64,000 nucleotides of DNA, taken from positions 17,608,001-17,672,000 of the forward strand of contig NC_045138.2 of NCBI RefSeq assembly GCF_008831285.2. Reading direction: 5' to 3'. The stretch comes from Nymphaea colorata. Its lineage: Eukaryota. Numbering within the stretch: the stretch's first letter is position 1; every line of letters starts with the position of its first letter. This document shows, one piece after another, positions 1 through 14,405 of the stretch. The translations under genes were made by a program, and so were the position numbers. The notes under the pieces are model-generated. The model saw only the letters and a list, made by a program, of their open reading frames with translations. It searched no databases and had not been told where the DNA came from.

Positions 1-257
1 TATCCGACTACCGGTTGTGTGGTGTGACTTGGGGCGTCGAGAAGCAGCTCTAGATTCCGTCCTTTTGTACACCGGTGCAGGCCACGTCTAGGTTGGCCTC
101 CACAGCAGCTGGGCCGGACTGAGCTTAGCCTGACCGATCTGGACGATATCGATCTGACTTCTGACCGGACCTAGCCTGTTGGAACTTGGTCTGGCGCTGA
201 TAATACTGAACTTAGACTGGGGCTTGAGTCTGTTTTCAACATAAAAGAACATTGAGC

Positions 258-293
258 TGAACCTACCTCGTTAATGAACCTACCTCGTTAATG
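258..293. repeat. 17-bp tandem duplication TGAACCTACCTCGTTAA x2
   Basis: Read directly; lies among degenerate GAGCT/CTCGAG-rich MITE-like sequence at 1-660. Confidence 0.85.
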
Positions 294-749
294 CGAGCGA
301 GTCGCAAACTAATGTTTGCGAGAAGTATTTCATCCCACTATCCAAATGAAACCGAACTTATATATTGTCTGGTATGAACCCAATGTACCACTTTCTTAAC
401 CATGTCATTTAGACATTTGGACTTGGTTAAAACTATGCTATCTTTCAGTATTATCGCAGATAGTTCTTTTTGGTGCAGTGTGTGTGGTGTGTGTTATTTG
501 CCGTAGTAAGATCAGGTTCTCTCTCGAGCTTAGCTGATTCTAGCCAAGCTGAGTCCTGTAAGGTTCGAGCTGGCTTGAACTGGGCTCTTGAACACCTAGC
601 CGTCACAATGTGGAGCGGAGACCATCTTTTTCGTGTCCAGTCTAGGAAAAGACCCGACCCGGACTTTAGACGCACAGGATTTTGTGCTATAAAATTTTGT
701 GGTGATTTTGCGGAGTGGTGAAGAGAGAGAGAGCGAGAAGGAGAAGACG

Positions 750-1863
750 ATGGTGATGCCTTCTTCTCTCTTGCTTCCTTCTGTTTCTCTCTCTAGAGTC
801 CCGACACTGCCACCACCTTCCTTGTCGTCCGCCAACTCTCTCTTCTTCACCAGTGGCAGCGGCGTCTTCCTGAGGAAGAGCGCCACTCTGTCTCTGCGCA
901 GGAAAAATAGTGGTGGTGCCGGGCTCGAATGCCACTGCTTGTTCGGGCTCGGGGTCCCCGAGCTCGTCGTCATTGCGGGGGTTGCGGCACTCGTCTTCGG
1001 GCCGAAGAAGCTTCCGGAGATTGGCCGGAGTATCGGAAAGACCGTCAGGAGCTTCCAGGAGGTGGGGTTTCTGAGGGTGTTTTCTAAATCGATGCTAATT
1101 CTTGCAGAAATTTCCATATTTATGTCAGACATGTTTGATTTTCATGTTTAAATCTGTGGAAACAAAGATGGTTTTTCTTGTTTTTTTCTTAGTTTAGAGA
1201 GAGAAAATTAGTTTTTCATCCCCCAACCCTGCAGGAATGAAGACGGGGTTTCTTGCTTTTTGGTTGATGAATGAACCTCATGCCTGGTTGATGGGTCCTG
1301 TTTTCTTCCTGGTGATGAGACTCATATTAATGCCGGTCATCCTAATCTAAATGACCTACAATTCACTCTTTCATGTAATTTTCCTTCTAAGATGTCTACA
1401 GAATTTTTTAAGAAGGTGCTCTCAAAGGGATTCTGCTACCATATTTCGTCACTATCTTGACACGAGTCTTCATTTTGCTAATAAGAGTACTATATCGTAA
1501 ACTTTGTCATCTACAGCGAATAGAACTCAGTGGAAGAAGGATATTGATTTATGTATTCGATAAAAATTGCCGACTGGTATTATCCTATCTGTCAACTAGC
1601 TTTTTGCGGGTTATGATCACTAGAACTTGATAATTTGTCCCATGAAGATACCTATTTTTGTTTGACACTAGTGTCCTTTTATCTTGACGCTTCTTTTTCT
1701 TGATAAGTCAGTGGGATTTGATAATTTCTTGCAATCTTCTTCATACTGGCAGGCAACAAAAGAGTTCCAGTCTGAACTGAAAAAGGACACGGCTGGTACA
1801 GAAGAGACATTGACAACAGACTCCAAAGCTGAAGAGGAGAAACAGGACGCTAAGATCCAGTGA
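750..1863 (+). CDS. THA4: Chloroplast Sec-independent translocase TatA/THA4; exons 750-1061, 1753-1863 (140 aa)
   Basis: Ser-rich transit peptide followed by CLFGLGVPELVVIAGVAALVFGPKKLPEIGRSIGKTVRSFQE|ATKEFQSELKK; GT-AG phase-0 intron; TATA-like CTATAAAA near 687. Confidence 0.95.
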
Positions 1864-2914
1864 AAGTTCACAAACCTTCAGTTGCAAGGAATGTGTACCT
1901 TCACTGATGAACGGACATTTGTATTACTTGCATTCTTAGGGAAACATATTCAGCGTGTTTGTGCTGCTTCTTAATGAAAATATGTAACATATTTAGTTCC
2001 GTCGTGTTGGTTTTATTCAGCTGTTACTTATCACAGTGCGTAGTACATGTCTTGATTCCTGAAGCAGCTTACTGAAATTTTTCAGTATATGGATGCGAAT
2101 GGTTTTGATATAATTTTGGGATTTTGATTTCGTTTTTTTGATCGTGTTGAATTGGATCAGACCTGTGTCGGCGCCTGGTTGGGAGACGCTATACCTCGTA
2201 CATGGGAGTTGTCTAAGATGCTGATGAATTGGAATTATGTAAGTCCCAGGTAGCCGCCACTAACCATACAGGCGTTGCCGATGTAATGCTTCACTGTGGA
2301 AAACCAGACCAACTTGCATGGACATGAAAAAATTCGGGGGGCCTCGCAGTGTTTCTCTCTCTACTTTTAAGTTCTGACCACATCCATCTACTCCATCCAT
2401 GTCGTAATGAAAAATGGATATGTATGACAAAGTTAGAGATGGACTGGATCTGAATTGGGATTAACAGTCTTACAAATCAAAAGATTCAGATGGGGTGCTT
2501 GAGGAAAAAATTGCTACAAATTTCAATTTGCAACTTGAAGTCTGGGTTTGTTTTGTTCTTATCCTGACTTTGCAGCAGAAAATTGTATCCGTCATGATAT
2601 AAACATTGCCAAAGAGAAAATTACTCATACTCAAATACCAACGTGAAATGTAGAACTCGTTCTACAAACCAGGAGGAGAAAACGGTACCTTACCCACATA
2701 GAGCATGTTCCTTTTTTCCTTCACAGCATAAGAGATACCATTTCTTCCCCATCTCTTAGAAATCCCAATCAGAAATTGGGGAGCTTAAGTTATGAAACAT
2801 TTAAACACCTGAACAACCAAGGACACCCCAAACAGGAATCTATTGATGCCCGACAAAAAAGTCCACCTCAAAGAAAACCTTGAGAATGGCGTACTGGCAT
2901 CAGCAACATGAATG

Positions 2915-5900
2915 CTAGGCTTGTTTCCGCTTTTTCCATTGACGTTTTCTCTTAGGCTTATAAGAATCAGAATTTGAACTGAGATTGCTGCTTCGGCTGT
3001 TTAAGGATTTTGAAGATCCCCCAAGTTTCGAGGTCCGGCGGCTCGTCTGTGAAGTGTTGCTGGATGAAGATAACTCTCCTTTTGGCGTGGATGTATTTGT
3101 GCTCGATGAACATGAAAAACCACCACGATGTGCCGAACGAATCCTTGGTGGTGGCAGTAAAGCCCGTACATAGATCTGCCTCTGTTTCAAGTATAAAAAG
3201 AGAATAAATTGCTCCTGTTTCTTTTTAAGAATGTAACTCATGAATCTAACAAGGAAACCTGATTTTTCTCATCACTCGACATGCCAGAAGTTGCTCTCCC
3301 TGAGGCACCTGAAGCCTGCTCCCTGCAGATACCAAGCAGAAAAACCACTTACCAAATTCAGCGAGGCATCTTGAATATAAAAAGCGGCATACAGGTAAAA
3401 CTCTGAGAAACACATGCAGGACCAAGGGTGCTGCAGCAGCTATAATGCAAGATCATAACAAAATTTACCCGTAACCAGTGTAAGACATAGTACCTCAATA
3501 ATATTTCATAAGACTGCATTCAAATGCATTAACAATGTAGTACATTTAAAAATCCACTAGCAGATGTCAAACTGGAAACACAATCATCAGAATACCGTAT
3601 CTGAATGTGAAGTACATTTCTTGTCAAATTAATTATGGTACAGCCATATCAGGACATCAGATCATAGACTCTCTTGGTTATGGATTAGTCCAATTGTGTC
3701 TGTGCATGTCTGCATATATGATTTTGTGAAGATTGTGCACGTGTGTGCATAGATTTTCATGTATTCACCATGTTCTCTGCAGATACCAAGCGGGCAAATC
3801 CGTTTATCAAGTTCGGCCAGGCATCCTCTGTATAAATAGAGCTGCATACAGGTAAAACTCAGAAAGACATTGAGGACCAGGCATAACACAGCACTTGTAG
3901 CACAAGATGATAACAAAGTCTACCTATAATCAGCTTAACCATAGTATATCAGCTGTATCGCGGACTGCATTCAAGTGCATTAACCATGTTCCACAGTTAG
4001 TATGTAAAGATGTTAAACTGCAAGTAAAATAATTAGAATGCTTTATTTGAATGTGAGGCACATTTCTTATACAGCCATATCCATGACAACAGATCATATA
4101 CTCTAGTGATTTGTCAAGTTGTGTCTGTGCATGTCTATATATGATTAATCTAGGTTAATATTGTAGACATGTGTGCCCAGCATTCTCATGTACTCATCAC
4201 ATCAGCATATGCCATGAAAGAAAGAAGAAGAAGGAAAATGTTCCTATTACCTCTGAAGATCCTCATACTAAAACCTTATGCACTGAAGCTTGCCCTGCCT
4301 CCTCTAGGCATATATACCTACCCATGAACCACAGAATTGAATAGCAGCATTGTGCCCATGATGCATTATATTTTCTCCAAACTGAAACTAGTTCAGAAGT
4401 TTCTCAGAGACTTTAGTGCCACAAATGCATATAAAATATTTCTACCTGACACACTCCTGGCAATTTTTGTCATCCTGTTAGGTCTTTGAGAACTGATTGC
4501 ACTCTCTGGTCTTCACACCAAACAAGTTTCCATAAACTCTGAAACTTTCAATATGTGTGTGTACATGTGTTTACTCACTGACGAAGTATTACATAAAAAA
4601 TATGCCCTCAAATCTAACATCTCTGTTATTTTTGCAAAAGATATCTCTATGTCACTTATCCAGCTGAAAAGGTATTGTTATCAACATGTTTTATCTGTTC
4701 TCAATTCCATTTGTTCATTTCACAATGAGAAAATCATAATTCACAAGATCCTATTTCCGCATTGCCAATCAAACCCAAACATGCACATTGCATATGAACT
4801 TGATGAAAGAAAACATTTTAAGTACAAAATTTCAAAAACAACACCCCTGGTTCTAGCACCATTAGAAATGAATTAATGAAACCGTATTGACTTAGAAAAA
4901 CCAACAAAAAAGAAAGAAGAGGTAGACTTCCTCCAATGGACAATTGACAAATTACCTTGTATTTATATCCGTCCATTCATCATCTGCATCTGCTTCATCA
5001 CTGGAGCTTCCACTCAAGAAAAAATCATCTTCACTGACATCCAAGGGGCCATCCTCATCACTTCCTGTTTCTGTAAAAAGATAACCAGTCTATTTGATAC
5101 CAGGCCTTCCAAATATTTAAAATGGAAATAAGTAACATTACCAGTAAGCAATTATAACACAAAAACTAACAGTCAGCTATTTGTAGTTCAGCATGACATG
5201 GATAATGATCCTGAAAAACATAGATCAATTAAGGATGTGTCAGGCACTATCAGCGAAGCGAACCTTCTAAATCCTTTCCACTAGCTGCAGCAGCCAGGAG
5301 ATTGGCTTTGATCTGCTTGCGCAATCTGTTCCTTCTATCAACTATATCCACATCATCACCTCCCATAAACAAAGAGACATACTTTTCTGACTTGGGGAAA
5401 AACTGGAATTCAAGAAAAACAAGTTAATGTCAACTAAGTCTACAGAAATAACCATCATAGATCTCAATTTCCTTTAGAAAAGAAGGCATGGTTCACTCAA
5501 GAAAGAAAACACATCATCGAGGTATTTACTTCCCCCCGCTACAGTACAACAGAAACTTGCAAAAGCATGACTTATATGATGTCACATCATACAGAATAAT
5601 AAATAGAAAGGCCAGATCTCTATATAGCTGAAGGTTAACTTACTGAGCAATCCAGCAAGTTTGCTCACATAATCAGATGAATCAACCACCAATTTGCAAA
5701 TCAAAGAGGTTGGATTAATAAAGTAAGAAGACAAATCATACTGTAGCAGACACAGTAGCAGTACCTAATGCAAGTCCAAATACAGATGTGAACCCAAAGA
5801 AAACAGTCCAGTTCCTACTACTCTGTAGGTGCAGCTAGGTCGAACATCCATAATAAGATGAATTATCAACTAATTGACTCCTGAAAGTACCTCACAACAG

Positions 5901-8022
5901 GTCAAAAGGAACTGTCAGATCTATGTCATAAACACCAGATTTGTATTGTGTAGTAAACTGAAGGTAAGACAGTGACCCATAAATTAAGTAAACTATAGGG
6001 ATAGTAAAACTTGAAAGGTTCAAGGATATCAGAGTGAACAACAATATTTCATACATTGAAATTTAGAGCTCATGACCACATGATGAAGTCACAATGACAT
6101 AAAAATTATGCTAAAAGAATTTTACAAGATTAGAAAGCTGACAGACTCAAATTACCTTGAACATCAAAAATACGGCTTGTGGAAAACCATAAATTTCTTT
6201 TTTCCAGGTTCATCAATATGGTTTAACAGGGAAACAGGAACCAAGGAGTTTCTAACACAATGATTCAGGAGTCACTCATAAAACCCTGCGGTTAGAGATG
6301 CACTAAACTGATTAACTGGAAATATCTAATCGAACAGGGAAAGAAAGGAAAAAGCAAGGAAAAGGAGAGAGAATAAAAAGGAACACAAAGCATTCTCTTA
6401 AAAATGCCTCTATCATACTTGAACTCAGTGGACTCAGATATTCATTGTGTTATACAAGTTCAACCACATGCACCTTTACAATACCTGTGTGGGACTCTAC
6501 AAAAAAGGAACCTTTTATAACAAGTAAAACCACCAATTATGGTAAGATGAATAGATGATCATAAACTTCATAAGTAGGTACTATCCCAGGAAAACAGTGT
6601 TCAGACAATATCACCAAAGCATCGCAGGATCATCAAAAAAGGACATGACACAATTACAATACTGACTTACCCTAACATATTCAAGATCTTCCCTTAGCTG
6701 GAAAAGTTGCTGAGCTATTTGATCCTGTGCAACCTGATCAGCTGTTCTTTGTAATCTCTCTAACCTCCTTATTCTTCTCTCAATTTTTCTCCTTTCTATG
6801 TAAAGCAAGATGAACAGAAAAAGAGAGAAATGTAATCACACAATTAATTTTTAACACATATAAAGCAGTTCCATAAGCCAAGTTCAGCCCATAATAGTGT
6901 CTGCAAGTAATGCATACCAAAAAATTTTACTCGACGGTATCGCATGGACAATTTGCGCTCTATTACAGACTGATTTTGAATATCCTGTTGCCTTTTCAGT
7001 TCTTCTAATCTCTTTTCCTGAGCATCCCTCACTTCAGCAGGAAGGTTCTGGGACATTATATGATGAGAAACAAAGACATACAATGAGTTATAGAGAAAAG
7101 AGGCACCTCAAGACAGAACTCTGTCGGACCAAACATTGTTATTCTTACTCATGGCTACATTTAACGTTGCAAGTGAAGCACTGAAATCAAATACCAAACT
7201 GGGCAGCATGATATCGGATGCCCACAGGAGGAAAAGAAAAAATTCCAACACCAGGAGGAACCAAACAAGTTTAACCATGACATAAATGTTTGATCATCCA
7301 TTTAAGCAAAAAATAATAATAATCTAACAACCTGAATGCACGCAGAACATATTCAATACTTAGCAGCGTCAAGAATTCTTAATAAATGGCAATTAACAAG
7401 GAAACATGCGTATTCTATTGCGCTCACCCAGGAAAACAAGACAATATAGAAAAGTCGATTAAGTACGAAACCATATAATCCCAATTTATCCTACTTTCCA
7501 CTCATTCTCTCGATGAAAGCAACTGTCAATACTTTCAGACTTCAATCACGATCCGCGCGTCATCTTTATACATACCAAAAGGTGATTCCAGACTTCCATT
7601 AAATCTTCAAAGAAAAACAGGATTCTCAAGAAGAAGAAAAACCCTAAACCTCCAAACATAGTAAGACAGAAACCCGACCGCGGACGCAAAATTGGCTCAA
7701 AGTAATAGAAGAAAAAGACCATTCCGCTGAAGAAAAAGAAAACAAAAAAAGAAGTGCACAAAAGATCAACGAAATCCCGCACATAGAATCTCGAGGAAGA
7801 AGTCCAATTGAACAACCTCGAATCAGAAAACGGAGGACAAGAGTCGTGGACACGGACGTGTGGTTCGGAACAAACCTTTCGAAGAAGGATACGCTCTACG
7901 GATCGAATTTGGTTCTTGAGGGACGCCGACTTGGGCTTCCTCTCGGCGGCGAGTCCCCTCGGCTGCCTGCTGACGCGTCCACGCTGTGCGATCCTCCGCC
8001 TCCCATACCCGCCGTGAGCCAT
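2915..8022 (-). CDS. EFG1: rRNA-processing protein EFG1-like (DUF2361); exons 8022-7876, 7047-6918, 6795-6671, 5402-5264, 5070-4956, 3322-3259, 3181-2915
   Basis: MAHGGYGRRR...SLKNQIRSVER...RYRRVKFF|ERRKIERRIRRLE...EDLEYVR|FFPKSEKYVSLF motifs; all junctions are GT-AG and phase-consistent; basic C-terminal tail. Confidence 0.9.
3323..4200. repeat. ~450-bp diverged tandem duplication in EFG1 intron 5 (units ~3323-3776 and ~3777-4200)
   Basis: Both units begin CTGCAGATACCAAGC and share GCATACAGGTAAAACTC, GACTGCATTCAA.TGCATTAAC and TTGTGTCTGTGCATGTCT. Confidence 0.9.
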
Positions 8023-10160
8023 CACGGAATTACCATTCCTCGCCGGAAACCTCTCTCTCCCTCTCTCTCTTCTGTGTTTCCCCTCCTCTGTCCCCGCGCT
8101 GGATTAAAGTGTTGAGAGTATCTGGAGTTTGGATTGGAGCGACTGGACAGAAGCACCCCCTCCCGCTACTCTCTCTCTCATTACTTGTAGTTTGGATCTG
8201 GGCGCGATTGGTCAAAAGCGGTTTTTCTATAAAGAAGCTTTATATAAAATATCTGCGCATTTTCAACCATAAATTTATGGATCATTAGAAAGACCAATAC
8301 TTTGCATTATATATATATAAATACAAATATTTTTTTTGTATGTGCGTCACTTAATACTTCAAGTTGTTTCCCAATAATCTAACCCAATAAATCGATACAC
8401 AATCTAGTAAAAAATTAAAAAAAAAAAAAACTAAAAAAGTCAATAGCTACATTAAATGGCTATTGAATGGTAAGACGGTTAGTCAATGTCCGCTTTTAGG
8501 GGTCATTTGTTTTCCAGTTTTATGAATGATACGCTTATAAATCTACTTGAATAGATGAACTTAAAATGTTATTATAAGAGAAAAAGTAATCGTGAAGATC
8601 GGATGTATAAATTAGAATTTATAAGTTTTTAAAAATTTGTCGTCTAAACTTTGAATGCTTATAAAATTTAATGTAGACATCTACTTTTCAAGATCTTATT
8701 CTTTCCTTTGAAGAAGGAGATTTTATCCATCTTTTGTATCCTTGCATCTGCTTATAGGGTTAAAATTATAGAAAGCGATTTAAAACACAGACACAGAAAG
8801 TACGATATATATATACACACTGGTCGGGGTACTTCAACAGTTCGCAGGATACACAGACTGTAAGTTCAGCCAAAAAAGGACTACTGAGAGTGTTGAGAGT
8901 TTAGATGCTAACGAAAGGGAAACTGCCTGTTTCTCTTGCTTTCTTAATACAGGAAGCCCACTCCCAGCATGCCTCCAATATAGCCACTCTTATGGAATGA
9001 AATGGAATGTGCTTTTCTTAGATTTACCACACCATATGGTGCATGAAGGATCGTCACAGGATCATTAGCAGCTTCCCTTCAAACATAACTTTCCTACAAC
9101 CATATCACAGTGACATCTGAGCCCCAAGATGACAACCTTGACAATTCATTATATTATAGAGTTCGTTTCTCGAAAAAGCAGTCTGGTGCCTGAATTCTTT
9201 ACATCATCTGATCAGTGATCATAGACTTTTGGGTTTAAAGCAAAAGGACAGATGCTCATGTCCATCCAAGTTTTAATCCTTTTGTCGTTCCTAGTTGGTC
9301 GCAGGAGTCCCAATGAACCAGACAGCCAAAGACACCTCCATGCCATGACACTGGTGAATGGTTCCTGCCAAAGAGAGTGGCTTCGTTCCCAAAAGAGAAG
9401 TGAGGTTTAGCGTCATTGGGGGGTAGATGGAGCAATTTCTGACTTACATTAGTTCCACAGGATAAAATTACATCAGGATACAACAAAACCATCACAGGTA
9501 AATGTTGGTCACTATATGCAAATGCAGATATACAAGTCCACATTCCACAGAAGGCCATGCCTTTTTCCCCATGGTAGACAAACAAGTCAGTATTCCACTG
9601 ATCTAGATACAGCCTTGACCAAGATCAGGGCCTTGTATTCTCAGCCTCCAACTGTAGTTGCAGTGGTCCGGTTTTGCAAATCTGATCTGGTTATGATAAA
9701 AGCCGGAAAAACTTGGCAAGCCTGCCCTCAGAATGGAATCAATCAGGAAAATCAACCCATGATGATCGCCCATGCAAAGCCAGCAAGCTGTAAGTATGTC
9801 CAGCCAAAAGCTAGAGCTCAATGAAACCAGACCAGCTTTTCGTATGATTAAATGTGTTTGGAATAGATCACATGAACATACCTGCTGCAATCTCCAACAC
9901 TAGAAGCACATACCGACCAAAAAAAAAAAAAAAATTTCAAAATCAAAGAAATGTAAGCAACCCAAGAGAAACAAATGTTAATAGACGCACTTTATATACA
10001 AGAATCTTTTTCAAACTATGACAAATTTAGCAACAAATGGAAGGAAGAGAAAATGGAAGAGACTATCCTCATATCAAGAGCAAAATTTGGCAGTGAACAT
10101 ATACATCAAGGTTACTTCTGTGAAAGTAATGCACATTCAAAGACCAATATGATATAGCAG

Positions 10161-10908
10161 TCAATCCTCTGTTATTTGTATGCCATAGCGGTCAGCCAGC
10201 CGGTGAATGGTGCCGTCATCCACTACACCATCTATCATCTGTAGCTTCTTGAAGTTGGACTTCAGTGTTTCCTCTTGCTTCTTGGCAAGCATCACCTCCT
10301 CTTCTAGCTGAGCCTGCAAAAAGGCCCAGCACATCATCAGGACAGATCATAAACAAACACACAGCTTCCTGCATGAACAATGAGCATCAAGCAGGCAGAG
10401 TTGTTCATTGTTCATACGATAAAGAAAGAAGTGTCTTCTCCAATATAATTATGTTTCTTACCTTACGAAGTGCAAAAGCTTCAGCTTCATGTTTTTTCAC
10501 AACTTCCTTCATTCGCTTTGCAACTTCAAAATCTGGATCATTATGCTGTATCCAGCGGCAAGTCATTTTTCTGTCTGACTTCCGAGGCCGCTCGCTGAAC
10601 ATCTCTGGCTCTGCCATTCGGCATCTTATTGGCCTGGGCATCCCACCCAACATAAATGGAAGGTTTGATGTCTCTACCAACAAACTCTTAGCTTTCTTTT
10701 CGTTTTCCATCTCAACAAGAACGCATTTAGAAGCATTATTTTGTTCCAGATAATCCGGGATGAAGGATATGTTCACAACAGTACCAAATTGCTCAAAAGC
10801 CTTTCTGATCATAGAATCTGTTACTAGTCCTGATACGTTATCCACAAAAACTGTTTTCTTCATCTTCGTCATGAACTCCGAAGGCTCGTTCTCAGACTGA
10901 CTTCCCAT
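10161..10908 (-). CDS. AIPP1: ASI1-immunoprecipitated protein 1 / EDM3, an RRM protein; coding exons 10908-10462, 10313-10161 (199 aa); 5'-UTR intron 11762-10920
   Basis: KKTVFVDN...EQFGTV...FIPDYL...VLVEMEN...LPFMLGGMPRPIRCRMAEPEMFSERP...RWIQHNDPDF...QLEEEVMLAKKQEETLKSNFKK matches the AIPP1 family. Confidence 0.88.
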
Positions 10909-11888
10909 GATAAATGTTCCTGCACAAACAAGATATTCACAAGCAACAATTTAACTTATTTTGACAAACTTATTTTGACATTGATCCTATTAAATTGCCA
11001 CTAGATGATTGAAGAAATAAGCAGGTCCATTCATCTTAGAGGTCTTCAGGCACAAAGACATACGTACCTATGGATTTTCTAGATAGAAATTACATGTGGA
11101 TTTTTCTCATTGATTAAGAGTCAATTTCCACTTTCTTATTGATAAAGGTAATTGCTAAGTAATTCCCTATGTCACTAGAAATAGCATGTTTCTCTCCCCT
11201 CGTTGCCGAAGACCACCACAAATGTCATTAACTAGGCCTATGACGCCTGTCCTACTCTATGGCATCTCATTCCCAATTCCCCTTCTTGTCTGCCATCGAT
11301 GCAACATTGAGATAATGGAACCCCCACAACGGGAGCTTCTCAGATCAATTACAGTGGATGATCATTCAAAATACTAAGCACAAGAAAGCATAAAAGATGA
11401 CCAACCACGTATCAAGTATGGTACACACAGACAGAAACCAGCGACACGCAATAGGAAGGGAAAAGGAAGCCAGAACAACAGAAAGTAAGTTCTGAATGGG
11501 AAATGGCAGCTCCACATATAACATAATTTAATCCATCAAGCTCTCATTTCTCCAAAATCTGGCATTAAGATTGTGCACGCTAATTTAGGGAATATAAGAG
11601 ACTGAAGGGACAAGGGTTGGGGTTTCGCTTTCTTCTTTTCCATGTTTCTTCTCTCCTCTCCCCTCCCCTCCTATTCTATACCGTCTGAATTCCTATAGAA
11701 GAAAGATACCGCGCATAGAGGGGGGGGAGAGAGAGAGAGAGAGAGAGAGAAAGAAAGAGTACCTGTGAGGCGGTGGAGGAGCGGAAGCACGCCCGGAGAG
11801 TGACGTATCAGCGGCGACACGGCGAACGAGGACGACTGCGAGGGGAGAAAGAAAGGGGCAAGCGATGGGATGATGAACAAAGGGAGGG

Positions 11889-11920
<32 letters not shown>

Positions 11921-13054
11921 GAGGTGGGTTGGTTTTGGGGAGACAACAGGATACGCGGGAGGAGAGCGGAGGAGAGGAGCGAGAGGAATATGGGAGAGGA
12001 GAGACGACACATAAACCTCAAAAAATGATATTTAAGTTTTTAAACAACTGAATAAAGATACGGAAATGGGTTAAGTATTTGTTCACGGTCCTTTTTATTA
12101 ATTTTTCACTAATTTAAATATTTTAATTAAAATAAAAAATACAAAACTGGTACCAGTTTTGTATAAAATATAAGCATTTCACCTCACCGATGCAGGTAAC
12201 ACCGCTCACCTGAGTATTTTCAGCCACTCAAAAAAAGTTGATATGTTCAATGTGGTTTGATTGGGCAGAGGCCATAAAGAATCTGCTGAGTTAATCAAGT
12301 TATTTTAACTGATTCCTATGACTTTGTTTAAGATCATAATATGACGGCCAACAATGTTTACCTAAATCTTGTTATATGATATAATATTTTTGTGTGACAC
12401 GTTTATCAAAAATTATATACTAGTTTTAAATGTTTGTTTTCGGCAAAAAAAGATAATTAAAAAAATTAGTAAAACAAAAAAAAAACTGTGCACACTGTTC
12501 AAGCTTTTGCAACTACCTAAATACATTTTCAAGGCAACTAAATGGTAGTCTATAGATTCACAACCAAAGTTTGATTTGTAAGAAGCTAGAAACCATAGAT
12601 TTGAAAAGTTTATGAGTTTTCAGATAACTTGATGAGATCGCATAGCTGATTCATTAAAAAACTAACAATGTTTAGTTGAGTGGATTGTGGCTTGATTTAT
12701 AGTTTATTTCGATCCATGCTAAAAAAGCCGTGACATGCTAACAACTGATAGCATATACACAAGTATATACGCTTATGATAAAACTTCAGAACATCTAATA
12801 TAAGACTATTGGAAATGATATCTATCGGAATTTCATATACAATATTTCACAACTTATTGTCGAAACTTTCCCTTGTGACTTATAAATTTTGAAGCTCAAA
12901 CACCAACTTATAAGGTTAATTAAAGAACAAACACTTATTTTGTTTCAGAGTATATTCAGAATCAAGGAACAACAATTATGAACACGAGAGCTTTTGTTTG
13001 TAAAATTTGTGAAAAATGTTGACTGATCTGTAGGCGACGATGAGGATGAACTAC

Positions 13055-13615
<561 letters not shown>

Positions 13616-14187
13616 GTAAGTTTGTAACAATGAAGCATGCCATTACAAGTAAGGCTCTTAAGACACGAATATATCTTATGGGTAAGGGTAATGGCAAAAT
13701 TATCCTTAACGGTAAACTAGAAAAATTTGGTCTCTAAAGAATGAATATTTCATCATTTGTTAAGAAAGAGTCTTTAATTTCATTTTGTTCATGTAACAAC
13801 GTGTCTTTTATCATTAAAAGTAATTTGGGTATTTTTCAACACCTAACATCTAGTTATGTATTTTGCAGAAAACTATTGAAGGTAGTTTTGGATTCGGACT
13901 AAGATGGACTAAGGCAATTTATTGAAACCATTGAATTTACAATATGGTAAAGTAGCCCCTCAATGGGAACTACACCCCTTATGGGTGTAACAATGACTTT
14001 ATCACAGTATTTCTATATATGTAAGGAAATGCTCCCACTGTTATAACCTGCTCCGAAAATTTTTTAAATTTTCAGCCCTGTTTCTCTATTACGTAAAAAA
14101 TCTAAAGGGTTATTGAGAAATTTCTAAACCAAGGGGTAGAGGCGTTGTTCCGTAAGATAGTAAGTGTAAATTTGTCATTTTAAGAGA

Positions 14188-14214
14188 ATTCCCGCTCAAA
14201 ATACGAATTCCCGC
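14188..14214 (+). promoter_or_regulatory. Two E2F-type sites (ATTCCCGC) in the DP promoter
   Basis: ATTCCCGC at 14188-14195 and 14207-14214 fits plant consensus WTTSSCSS; MSA core CAACGG at ~14339; telo-box AAACCCTAA at 14383-14391. Confidence 0.6.
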
Positions 14215-14405
14215 AACCGCGTACAGTAAGAACGGGGGGAGAGAGAGAGAGAGGGAGGTCGCCCAAATATGTCTGCAATAATCTCTTCCCTCTTTTTCCC
14301 TTTTCAATTTCTTCCCTTCCTCTTTTCTTTGTTGACGGCAACGGTTATCCGTTTCTCTCTCTTTCTCTCTCCCTTTCCTTCGAAACCCTAAGCGGCGTCA
14401 GGTTT

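Noticed and set aside
9256..9890. Two ~100-aa minus-strand ORFs with a faint membrane-protein or desaturase feel
   Set aside because: No diagnostic motif could be confirmed; probably AIPP1 downstream or intronic sequence
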